A DNA stretch of 64,000 nt from Acidobacteriota bacterium. Lineage in GTDB: Bacteria > Acidobacteriota > UBA6911. This document shows positions 32,660 to 40,665 of the stretch, one piece after another. Position 1 is the stretch's first letter. Each line of letters opens with the position of its first letter. The notes beneath the pieces are model-generated. The model saw only the letters and a list, made by a program, of their open reading frames with translations. It did no database searches and was not told the origin of the DNA. The stretch is taken from positions 3,488,001 to 3,552,000 of the forward strand of contig OY761556.1 in assembly GCA_963664705.1 (NCBI GenBank). Direction: 5' to 3'. A program made the translations under genes and the position numbers.

Positions 32660-34066
32660 TTAGAAGTAGATATCTCTTTTACCGCCGTCGATGTCGACGA
32701 TCGCCTGCCCCATGCGTTCCTTCAGATCATTACTGTCAAGCCCGGCAAGGATCTCCCTGATCAGTTTGTCTCCATTCGATTTTGTCTCAGGCGAAGCAAA
32801 ATCATTCAGGTACTCCCTGAAGGTGAACACTGCATTCGGCATGCAGAACTGCTTGATAAGGCCCGGCTTGGCAAGATCCATAAAATCATTCCCGACGCGT
32901 CCCTTGCGATAGCAGCCGGTACAGAATGAGGGGATGTATCCTTTCTCCACAATGGAGTTGATAACTTCCTGAAGACTGCGGTGATCTCCAAGGGCAAACT
33001 GGCTCCCGGTGCCGGTATCATGGCTATAGGCACCGGGATTGGTACGGGATCCGGCCGATATCTGGCTCACGCCATAGTTGAACAGCTCGGTGCGCATCTC
33101 CTCGTTTTCGCGGGTGCTCAAAATAATTCCGGTATAGGGAAGAGCGATGCGAATGATGGCAATGATCTTCTTGAAATCAGCGTCGCTGACCGGCTGCGGC
33201 ACATGCGCGGCCAAGGGCGCATTTTCCGCCGGCTCGATGCGCGGGAAGCTTACCGTATGGGGCCCGCAGCCGTACAGAGTCTCGAGGTGAGCCGCGTGTT
33301 CCATGATTGCCAGGATTTCAAACCGGTAATCCGCAAGCCCGAAGAGCACGCCGATGCCGACGTCGCTGATGCCACCCTCCATGGCGCGATCCATGACGGT
33401 AACACGATATTCATAATCCGATTTGGGAGCGCCCTTTGGATGATATTTCTTATACATCACGGGGTCGTAGGTTTCCTGGAAACAAACGTACGTGCCGATC
33501 TTTTCCGCCTTCAGCCTGGCGAAATCCGCCACTTCCATTGGCGCAAGCTCAAGATTGATGCGCCGTACATAATTCTTCCCTTCGCGAACGGCGTAGGAAG
33601 TGCGGATGGCCTCGCACATGTAATCCGTATCGTTCTGTGCGCTCTCCCCGCATATCAGCAGGATCCGCTTATGGCCCTCAAGGAGGAGCGTACGAACTTC
33701 CTGCTCGATCTCCTTCATGTCGAGGATTTTTCGCTTCAGCGAGGTATTGCTCTTGCGAAAGGCACAATAAACGCAGTTGTTGTCGCAGACATTGCCGGTA
33801 TAAAGGGGGGCGAACAGAACCAGCCGCTTGCCGTAGATCTCTTCCTTGACGCGGTGCGCGCAGTCCATGATCTTCCGGATCTGCACGGGATCTTCGACAA
33901 CAAGAAGCGATGCGACATCATCGAGTGATAATCCCTTGAGCTGATCCGCCCTATTCAGGATTTCGTCTATATTCCCAGCAGCCGTTTTCTTCTGCTCGAG
34001 AAGTCCATAGAGTTTGTCGCGGTCAATGAAGCCCTTTTCTTTCTCATGCCTGCTCGCCGAAATCAT
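32660..34066 (-). CDS. hydG: [FeFe]-hydrogenase H-cluster radical SAM maturase HydG
   Basis: 'LFAPLYTGNVCDNNCVYC', 'FQETY', 'GPHTVSFPRIEPA', and C-terminal CX2CX22C 'PSFCTGC...KQFC' that distinguishes HydG from ThiH. Confidence 0.9.
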   Translation of the reverse strand: MISASRHEKEKGFIDRDKLYGLLEQKKTAAGNIDEILNRADQLKGLSLDDVASLLVVEDPVQIRKIMDCAHRVKEEIYGKRLVLFAPLYTGNVCDNNCVYCAFRKSNTSLKRKILDMKEIEQEVRTLLLEGHKRILLICGESAQNDTDYMCEAIRTSYAVREGKNYVRRINLELAPMEVADFARLKAEKIGTYVCFQETYDPVMYKKYHPKGAPKSDYEYRVTVMDRAMEGGISDVGIGVLFGLADYRFEILAIMEHAAHLETLYGCGPHTVSFPRIEPAENAPLAAHVPQPVSDADFKKIIAIIRIALPYTGIILSTRENEEMRTELFNYGVSQISAGSRTNPGAYSHDTGTGSQFALGDHRSLQEVINSIVEKGYIPSFCTGCYRKGRVGNDFMDLAKPGLIKQFCMPNAVFTFREYLNDFASPETKSNGDKLIREILAGLDSNDLKERMGQAIVDIDGGKRDIYF

Positions 34067-34322
34067 GGTCGTTCTCCTTATAATTCGTGAGAACGGATTT
34101 CACCTGGATTCCCTTAAGCCTTCCGATCTTGCCGGTAGCGGAGCCGATCTGGTCCGTAGTCCCCTCTACGATGAGGGAGATAACACTGACGCCATGATCG
34201 CGAAGAGGCATTCCCTGTCGGCCGAGCACGATATCACTGTAGGCTGAAATGATGGTATTGAGCTGCGGGATGCTCGACTTGTCATTGACGAGTATTGCAA
34301 TAACGCCGATTCTCTTCTCCAT
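34044..34322 (-). CDS. TM1266 family iron-only hydrogenase system putative regulator
   Basis: 'MEKRIGVIAILV...LN.IIS.Y.DIVLGRQGMP...VISLIVEG..DQI...TGKIGRL.GIQVKS'; overlaps the hydG start. Confidence 0.88.
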   Translation of the reverse strand: MEKRIGVIAILVNDKSSIPQLNTIISAYSDIVLGRQGMPLRDHGVSVISLIVEGTTDQIGSATGKIGRLKGIQVKSVLTNYKENDHDFGEQA

Positions 34323-34706
34323 CAGAAAAAACCTCTGGGTCAGAACGCTGCTTAGGGTCCTCGAAAAAGATGAATCCGTTTCTCAGACGGCGTAAGTATT
34401 GCACATAGCTAAGAATTGTCCAATGGGGAAAAGGCGGAAAATCGCAGGGTAGGAAGTGGGTTTCAGGCGGCGCCGTTCAAACTCAGGATCACATCCTGAC
34501 GGCGCACAAAGATCAATGCGGGTTTTGAGGATTCCTCGATGCCGCATTGATCTTTGTATACCGAATCAGACAATTTTGCGTTTATCTTTTCTTATAGGTT
34601 TTGTCGTACATTGCGGGCATTCCACCGTCCGCTGTAATAACACGTCTCCTGTTTGGGTTATAACAATGCCGTTCTGACTAACGCCGCAGACTCGACAAAA
34701 AAGATA

Positions 34707-36839
34707 TCATTGACCCCTGCCTGTTCGCGGCGACTCGAGCGCAGGCTTGAGCCCGCGTTCAATCAGCAGCGGCTCCACACTGGCATCACGGCCGCGAAAG
34801 GCCCGATACATCTCTGCGGAATCCATCTGTCCACCGCGGGAAAGGATCTTATCGCGGAATTGTTGCCCGTTCTTGCGATTCAATCCGCCCTTCTCCTTAA
34901 ACCAATAGTAGGCATCCTGGTCGATAACCTCGCTCCAGAGGTAGGCATAATAGCCGGCGGAATATCCGCCCGACCAGATGTGTGAGAAGTATGGCGTATG
35001 ATACCGCGGTGGGATTTCGTCCAGGTTGACCTTGTATTTTGCCAAGGCGGTTTTCTCGAATTCCGCCGCATTCTGAAGCGGCGAATCGGCTGCCAGCAGA
35101 TGCCACTCCATATCGATCAGTGCGGCCGCCGCATATTCGGTGGTCGCAAATCCCTGGTTGAAGGTTCCGGCCTTTTTCTTTTTTTCAATCAACGCCTTAG
35201 GCATCGCATCGCCGGTTTTGTAATGTTTGGCATAGTTTTCAAACACGGTCGGATCTTCGGCCCAATGTTCGTTGAACTGGGACGGAACCTCGACGAAGTC
35301 GCGCGGCATTCGGCCCGCGTAGGTTGCGGTTGAAAATATGCTGGCCAATGCGTGGCCGAACTCGTGAAACAGGGTTTCGACCTGATCCGAAGTCAGAAGC
35401 GCTGGTTGACCCGGAGCCGGTTTGGGAATATTGAGGTTGTTCGTGACGACGGGACTGGTCCTAAGAAGTTTGCTGGCGCTGACGAATCCGCTGCTCCACG
35501 CCCCGCCGGCTTTTCCGGAGCGCGCAAAATAATCGCCATAGAACAGAGCCAGCGGCGAGCCGTCTTTGTCAAAGACCTCCCACACCTTTACATCGGGATG
35601 GTAAACGGGAATATCACTCCTGACCCTGAATGTGATGCCATACATCTTTGTTGCCGCAAAGAAAACTCCGTCGCGGATGACGCGCTCGAGTTCAAAGTAG
35701 GGACGAAGCTGCTGTTCATCAATGTCATAATCGGCCTTGCGCACCAGCTCGGCATAGTACTGCCAGTCCCACGGAGCCAGCTTGAAGCCCGCCTTCTGTC
35801 CGTCAATGAGTTGCTGCATGCGGGCGGCTTCGCTTCTGGCCTTGGCGGTGGCGGCCGGAGCAATATCGGTCAACAGCCGGATGGCATTTTCCGGTGTTTT
35901 CGCCATCTGCTCCTCCAGGCCATAGGCGGCAAAATTTTTGTATCCCAGAAGCCGCGATCGCTGCGCCCGGAGCTGAGCGATGCGGGCCGCGATCGACGTC
36001 GTATCGTTTTCGCCGCCAAGACACCGCTCGCTGGAGGCTTTAAAGAGTTTCGCGCGCGTATCCCGATTCTTCAGATAGGCCATGGCCGGCTGCTGCGTTG
36101 TGTTCTGCAGCGCAAGCACCCACTTGCCGGCAAGATTCTTCTCTTTGGCCTTCTCCGCTGCACCGGCGATATCGCTTTCAGGCAGCCCTTCGAGCAGCGT
36201 CACATCGTCGACCACCAGCGCTTTGGCATTTGTCTCAGCAAGAACCTTCTTCCGGAATTCGTTGGACAGTTCCGAAACCTCTCGATTGATGGCGCGGAGG
36301 CTTGTCTTATCGGCTTCGGAAAGAAGTGCACCGGAACGAACGAATTCCTTGTAGTAGCGCTCCACTACGTATTTTTGCTCCGCTGTCAGCTTTGACCGGT
36401 TGCGGTCATCATAGATTGTCTTGATGCGCTGAAACAGCTTTGCGTTGAGGTTGATCGCGTCGTTATGCGCCGCCTGTTTCGGAGCCAGCTCAGTCTGCGC
36501 CTTTTGCAGCAAAGGGTTCGTATTGGATTGGGTAATGCCGCTGAAAACACGCGCAACACGGCGCAGCAACGCGCCGGATTTTTCCAATGCCGCAATCGTG
36601 TTTTCAAATGTTGGAGGCGCAGTATTCCCCGCAATCGCCTCCACCTCCGCCAGCTCCTGTTTCATTCCCTCTTCCATGGCCGGCTGATAATCGGGATCTT
36701 TGATTTTGTCGAATGGCGGCGCGTGGTATGGAAGCGAACTCTCTTTGAAAAATGGGTTATCGTTCCCGGGTGCCTGAGCCAGCGCCAGTGCGGGGATTGT
36801 AGAACAGGCAAGGATAAGGACTATTTTTATCAAGCTCAT
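34707..36839 (-). CDS. dcp: M3 family metallopeptidase (peptidyl-dipeptidase Dcp-like), exported
   Basis: Signal peptide; 'TLFHEFGHAL' HExxH, 'RDFVEVPSQFNEHW', 'GYSAGYYAYLWSE'. Confidence 0.88.
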   Translation of the reverse strand: MSLIKIVLILACSTIPALALAQAPGNDNPFFKESSLPYHAPPFDKIKDPDYQPAMEEGMKQELAEVEAIAGNTAPPTFENTIAALEKSGALLRRVARVFSGITQSNTNPLLQKAQTELAPKQAAHNDAINLNAKLFQRIKTIYDDRNRSKLTAEQKYVVERYYKEFVRSGALLSEADKTSLRAINREVSELSNEFRKKVLAETNAKALVVDDVTLLEGLPESDIAGAAEKAKEKNLAGKWVLALQNTTQQPAMAYLKNRDTRAKLFKASSERCLGGENDTTSIAARIAQLRAQRSRLLGYKNFAAYGLEEQMAKTPENAIRLLTDIAPAATAKARSEAARMQQLIDGQKAGFKLAPWDWQYYAELVRKADYDIDEQQLRPYFELERVIRDGVFFAATKMYGITFRVRSDIPVYHPDVKVWEVFDKDGSPLALFYGDYFARSGKAGGAWSSGFVSASKLLRTSPVVTNNLNIPKPAPGQPALLTSDQVETLFHEFGHALASIFSTATYAGRMPRDFVEVPSQFNEHWAEDPTVFENYAKHYKTGDAMPKALIEKKKKAGTFNQGFATTEYAAAALIDMEWHLLAADSPLQNAAEFEKTALAKYKVNLDEIPPRYHTPYFSHIWSGGYSAGYYAYLWSEVIDQDAYYWFKEKGGLNRKNGQQFRDKILSRGGQMDSAEMYRAFRGRDASVEPLLIERGLKPALESPRTGRGQ

Positions 36840-36872
36840 ATCTGATTCCTATCGGGTGACTTGATCTGCAGT

Positions 36873-36936
36873 TGTGCAATTCGTGAAATTCGTGGCGGAA
36901 GGAGTTCCAGGCGCCACTGATTTCACGAATTGCACA
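36873..36936. repeat. 17-bp inverted repeat (hairpin) between the UGSC-like gene and dcp
   Basis: TGTGCAATTCGTGAAAT (36873-36889) ... ATTTCACGAATTGCACA (36920-36936). Confidence 0.75.
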
Positions 36937-36943
36937 GGTTTCA

Positions 36944-38629
36944 CTATCTCCACTTATCGATCTGGACGGATTGGCTTGGCACCATGCCGCCCATGCTGAA
37001 GTAGTTGTTGTTCGATCCGCCCGTAACGACTACGGTGAAGGTTCCGCCGGCGTAGCGCTGTCCGCTGTTGGGTGGCGGCGGGTTGGGATTGGATCCGGCT
37101 TTGACATAATCCGTAAATTTTTCGACGGAGTCATACCCGGCATCCTTCACAAAATTGGCGATTGGAGGACTCAGAACCGCAAACGTTCCAAACAGCGAAC
37201 CATCCTGCGAGTTGTAAATATCTTTGATGATCTTGGGGTAGTTCATCTGTGTGCCCCAAACGTTGTCGGCCCAGTTCTTGGCAGAGAGGACGCCCCAACC
37301 GTTGAACAGAGTAATGATATTTTCATTCTTCTTGAAGCCGCGTCTGACGGAGAGCGGCTGAAATGGAGAATCCCGTTCATTTTCGGCAATGATGATGTTG
37401 ATCAGATTCATGGGATTTCCGACGGTCCCCATATAGGTCGTCCCTACCTTGCCGCAGTTCCCGCCGTTGATGGAAAGCAGGTTCCAGGCTCGTCCAATGG
37501 TTGTATTGGCATGGGCGTAGGGCCCCATGGCACCGATTTCATAGTTCAATCCGATCTCATCGCGAATTGAACCATTAATGACCGCACCGGATACAAAGCC
37601 GTTATCCGAAACGGAAATGCCTTCCATTCCGGTAGAGCCGATCGCGAGAATAATCGGGAAATATTCCGGCGCCGCCCCTGCCATCACCGCGTTGACGGCA
37701 GCATCTTTGACCGTATAGGTCCAAGTCTCGAAGACGCCAGCAGTCGGCCCCATCTTCCCAAGCACTTCGTCAGGGCGATGACTGGTCGCCTTCAGCATCT
37801 CATTGACCTTTTCCTCCGTCGGCATGACTACAGGCAGAAAGTCGGTATATCGCTTCTGAAGAAACACTTTCTGCAGTTCGTCAGCCGTGCCACTGAATGT
37901 GGCGGGTCCCTTGTCGCGAACCATCTGCCCGGATTTCTGATCTTCCGCGGATAGCGGTTTGGTGAGTTTGTCGACAATTTCCTGCATCACCGGCTTGCCG
38001 GTGAGCGGGTTGTTCCCCAGAACAACATCGCGGCGCAACTGTTCACGCGTCTTTCCCCAAATTGGGCCGCGGATATATTGGATGCGCATGCCCGGCATCC
38101 CCGCAGTTAAGGCAACTTCCTTTAATTGCTTATCAAAACTTGAAACCACGATGGGAACGGCGGGCTTTTTAATGGTGGATTCGAAGTCGATCGAAAGCCT
38201 GGTGACCCCAGGCGCACACACGCTTCAATGCCCGAGGGCGATGACCATGGCATCGGCCTTCTGTTTCATCTCGGCCCACAGCGCGGGATCCGGCTGAGCC
38301 ATGAATGTGGCTTTTTTCACATAATGGAAATTTGTTTTCGGATAAGCTTCTTTGAATCCTTTTTCAAATTCAAAGAGCAGATTATCCGATCCGGGATATC
38401 CGTCATCAACCAGATAGATAGTCTTGCCATCCATGGTATTCAGGCGAGGCGCCATCGGCTTCAATTCCAGCGGAGGTGGCGTGCCCAAGGGGTTGAGCAC
38501 CGTAATAACGGATTCTGCAGACTTCTTTGCCGCAGTCTTCACCTGAGCCTGGCCGCTCAAAATCGAGTAACTGCAAAACAGGCACAGGCACAGTACTGCA
38601 ATGAAAAACACAGTCGTATGCCGCTTCAT
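36944..38629 (-). CDS. Exported UGSC-like selenoprotein paralog A (~561 aa, Sec at UGA 38227-38225, motif H-U-S-V-C)
   Basis: ORFs 38629-38225 and 38221-36944 are in frame, joined by 'ALGH-TGA-AGC GTG TGT GCG CCT' = U-S-V-C-A-P. Hairpin GCCUGG-GGUCA-CCAGGC (38213-38197) starts 11 nt after the UGA. Signal peptide MKRHTTVFFIAVLCLCLFC. Confidence 0.85.
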
Positions 38630-38812
38630 TCCTCGATCCTCCTTGTTGTAGTTTGACGAACTCAAGTGATTCAAGCCGGAGTGCGAGTGGCTTTCATCGC
38701 TTGGCATACTGCTTTGAGGCAACCAAATGCTTGATAAATCACGGTTATCAAATGCGTTTCCATGCTGCAAATCCCATGCACAGCATAGAAAATTTGACAA
38801 AATGCCGATGCG

Positions 38813-39499
38813 CTATTGCAGGACGTACTCTCCGCCCGGCTTAACGGCAACCGCTTTTCTCCCTGCCGCCTCGACCTTTTTGACGAATTCATCCGGGTCG
38901 GCATTGATGACATCGAAGGTCTTGTAATGCATGGGAATATTGACCCCGGCCCTAAGATAACCGGTTGCATGAACGGCGTCGTCGATGCCCATGGTGAAGT
39001 TGTCCCCGATCGGGAGCAATGCGGCATCCAGCGGACCCCAGACCTCGCCAATCATCCGCATATCCATAAACAGGCCGGTATCGCCGGCGTGATACACCTT
39101 TTTGCCGCCCATCGTCAACACGATCCCCACGGGGTTGCCCAGTGCTTCGCCGTTCGGGCCGGAGGAACCGTGATGGGCAACCGTCAGTTTTACGTGGCCG
39201 AAGGAAAACTGGTGGCCGCCGCCGATATGCATCGGATGGCCTTTACAGCCCTGGGCACCGAGGTAATTGACAATTTCAAAATTGGATACAACAAGGGCTC
39301 CGGTTTTCTTTGCAATGGCAGCGGCGTCCCCCAGGTGATCGCCATGGCCATGAGTCACGAGGATGGCATCCAGTCTGGTAAACTGATCCGCCGTGACATC
39401 GGCCAGAGGGTTCCCGCTGAGAAATGGGTCGATCAATACCCGATGAGTCCCATCGTCGAATTCCCAGCAATCGTGTCCGTGGTATCGCAGCTTTAGCAT
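38813..39499 (-). CDS. Metallo-beta-lactamase-fold metal-dependent hydrolase (UPF0173-like)
   Basis: 'LIDPFLSGNP', 'THGHGDH', 'YHAGDT', 'LPIGDNFTMG', 'IPMHY'. Confidence 0.92.
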   Translation of the reverse strand: MLKLRYHGHDCWEFDDGTHRVLIDPFLSGNPLADVTADQFTRLDAILVTHGHGDHLGDAAAIAKKTGALVVSNFEIVNYLGAQGCKGHPMHIGGGHQFSFGHVKLTVAHHGSSGPNGEALGNPVGIVLTMGGKKVYHAGDTGLFMDMRMIGEVWGPLDAALLPIGDNFTMGIDDAVHATGYLRAGVNIPMHYKTFDVINADPDEFVKKVEAAGRKAVAVKPGGEYVLQ

Positions 39500-39536
39500 A
39501 GCAACATCTCCTTTGTTTGATCCTTGGACAATTATA

Positions 39537-40517
39537 CTATCTCAGGCCCTGAACAATTCTCTTCTCAAAAGCTTCGCGGATCAGTCGGTCATCGCGCGAA
39601 GAGGCAGCGATTCGGATCTGCTCACGGCTGTCGGGGTTGATGCCATACACGGCCAAAGCCTCAATCGCCGCAATGGCGTTATCCCGATGCTCGCTCCGTA
39701 GGACTTCAAGGAGCATGGCAAAAGCATCATTGCTGCGGGTCAGGGCGATCGGCAGGAGCAGGGTACGCTTGATCGATGGCAGGACATTGCGCTCCCGGAA
39801 ATCCCGCAAAATTCCGAAGGCTTCCTTGAGCCGGGAATTCCCGATGGCCAGGGCGGCCTCATCCGCGACCTGTGGGTCCTCCGCCTCGAGGAACTGCTCG
39901 GCAAATTTCAGTGAGCGTGCCGGAGAAATGGCCAATAAGCCGCTCAGGCAATCGCCCAGAATTTCGGGCTCCGTGTCGCCCTGGAGGGCCTTCATCCGCA
40001 ACAGCATCTCGCTCACTTCGCGACCCAAATCCGTAAGAACTCTGACCGCAGCACGCCGCGGTGCGGTCTTGCTGTCCATCAAAAGGGTAACCATTTCGCA
40101 CAACAGCTCAGGATGTCCCAGGCGGTACAGCCCGAAGGCGCATGCGGCGCGCAGAAGCTCAGCCGTATCGACGGGCGGGCCAAAAGAAGGTTCCAATTGA
40201 ATGTGACGAATGCCCCGCAGCAGCACATCAGCGTCGGGGCAATCAAGAGCGTTCAGGGTTTCAACCGCCGCCAGTTTGGCATGGCAGCCGGGATCCGTTT
40301 TGACGGGATTCTGAAGATATCGATGAAACGCGGCAGCAATCTCAGGTTTCAGATCGCGCAAGCCCCATTTGGCGGCGATCCGCGCTCCTTTTGCAGCCAA
40401 TAGACTGCTGGAACCGGCCAATGCCTGGCGTAACTCAAGGAGCCCGTCTGGAGACGGGTTCTCCAACTCGAGCCGCTTTAGTCGGGCCAGTTTCTCATCA
40501 AATGATTGCCGGGCCAT
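39537..40517 (-). CDS. HEAT-repeat-like alpha-helical protein
   Basis: Repeated helical hairpins ('RRAAVRVL', 'ADEAALAIG', 'AAIEALA'), 'KTDPGCHAK', 'QLEPSFGPPVDTA'. Confidence 0.7.
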   Translation of the reverse strand: MARQSFDEKLARLKRLELENPSPDGLLELRQALAGSSSLLAAKGARIAAKWGLRDLKPEIAAAFHRYLQNPVKTDPGCHAKLAAVETLNALDCPDADVLLRGIRHIQLEPSFGPPVDTAELLRAACAFGLYRLGHPELLCEMVTLLMDSKTAPRRAAVRVLTDLGREVSEMLLRMKALQGDTEPEILGDCLSGLLAISPARSLKFAEQFLEAEDPQVADEAALAIGNSRLKEAFGILRDFRERNVLPSIKRTLLLPIALTRSNDAFAMLLEVLRSEHRDNAIAAIEALAVYGINPDSREQIRIAASSRDDRLIREAFEKRIVQGLR

Positions 40518-40665
40518 AACGCTGGTATAATGCAGGAAAAATCAGGAAAGGTAAATCTTTCCAAGGTGTCGCGGGTTTCTGATTCCAGATTCCAGATTCC
40601 AGTGCAGATTGCAGATTCCAGACTTTCGTTCGCGCTCTTACCGTCGCTGTCTTCTTATCCGCACT

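Noticed and set aside
38731-38751. Inverted repeat TTGATAA-N7-TTATCAA upstream of selenoprotein paralog A as a Fur/FNR box
   Set aside because: Spacing fits neither consensus and I found no copy upstream of paralogs B or C; it may still be an operator.
40581-40623. ATTCCAG-type heptamer runs as a novel element
   Set aside because: Short, degenerate intergenic heptamer repeats at gene ends with no associated gene or spacer structure.
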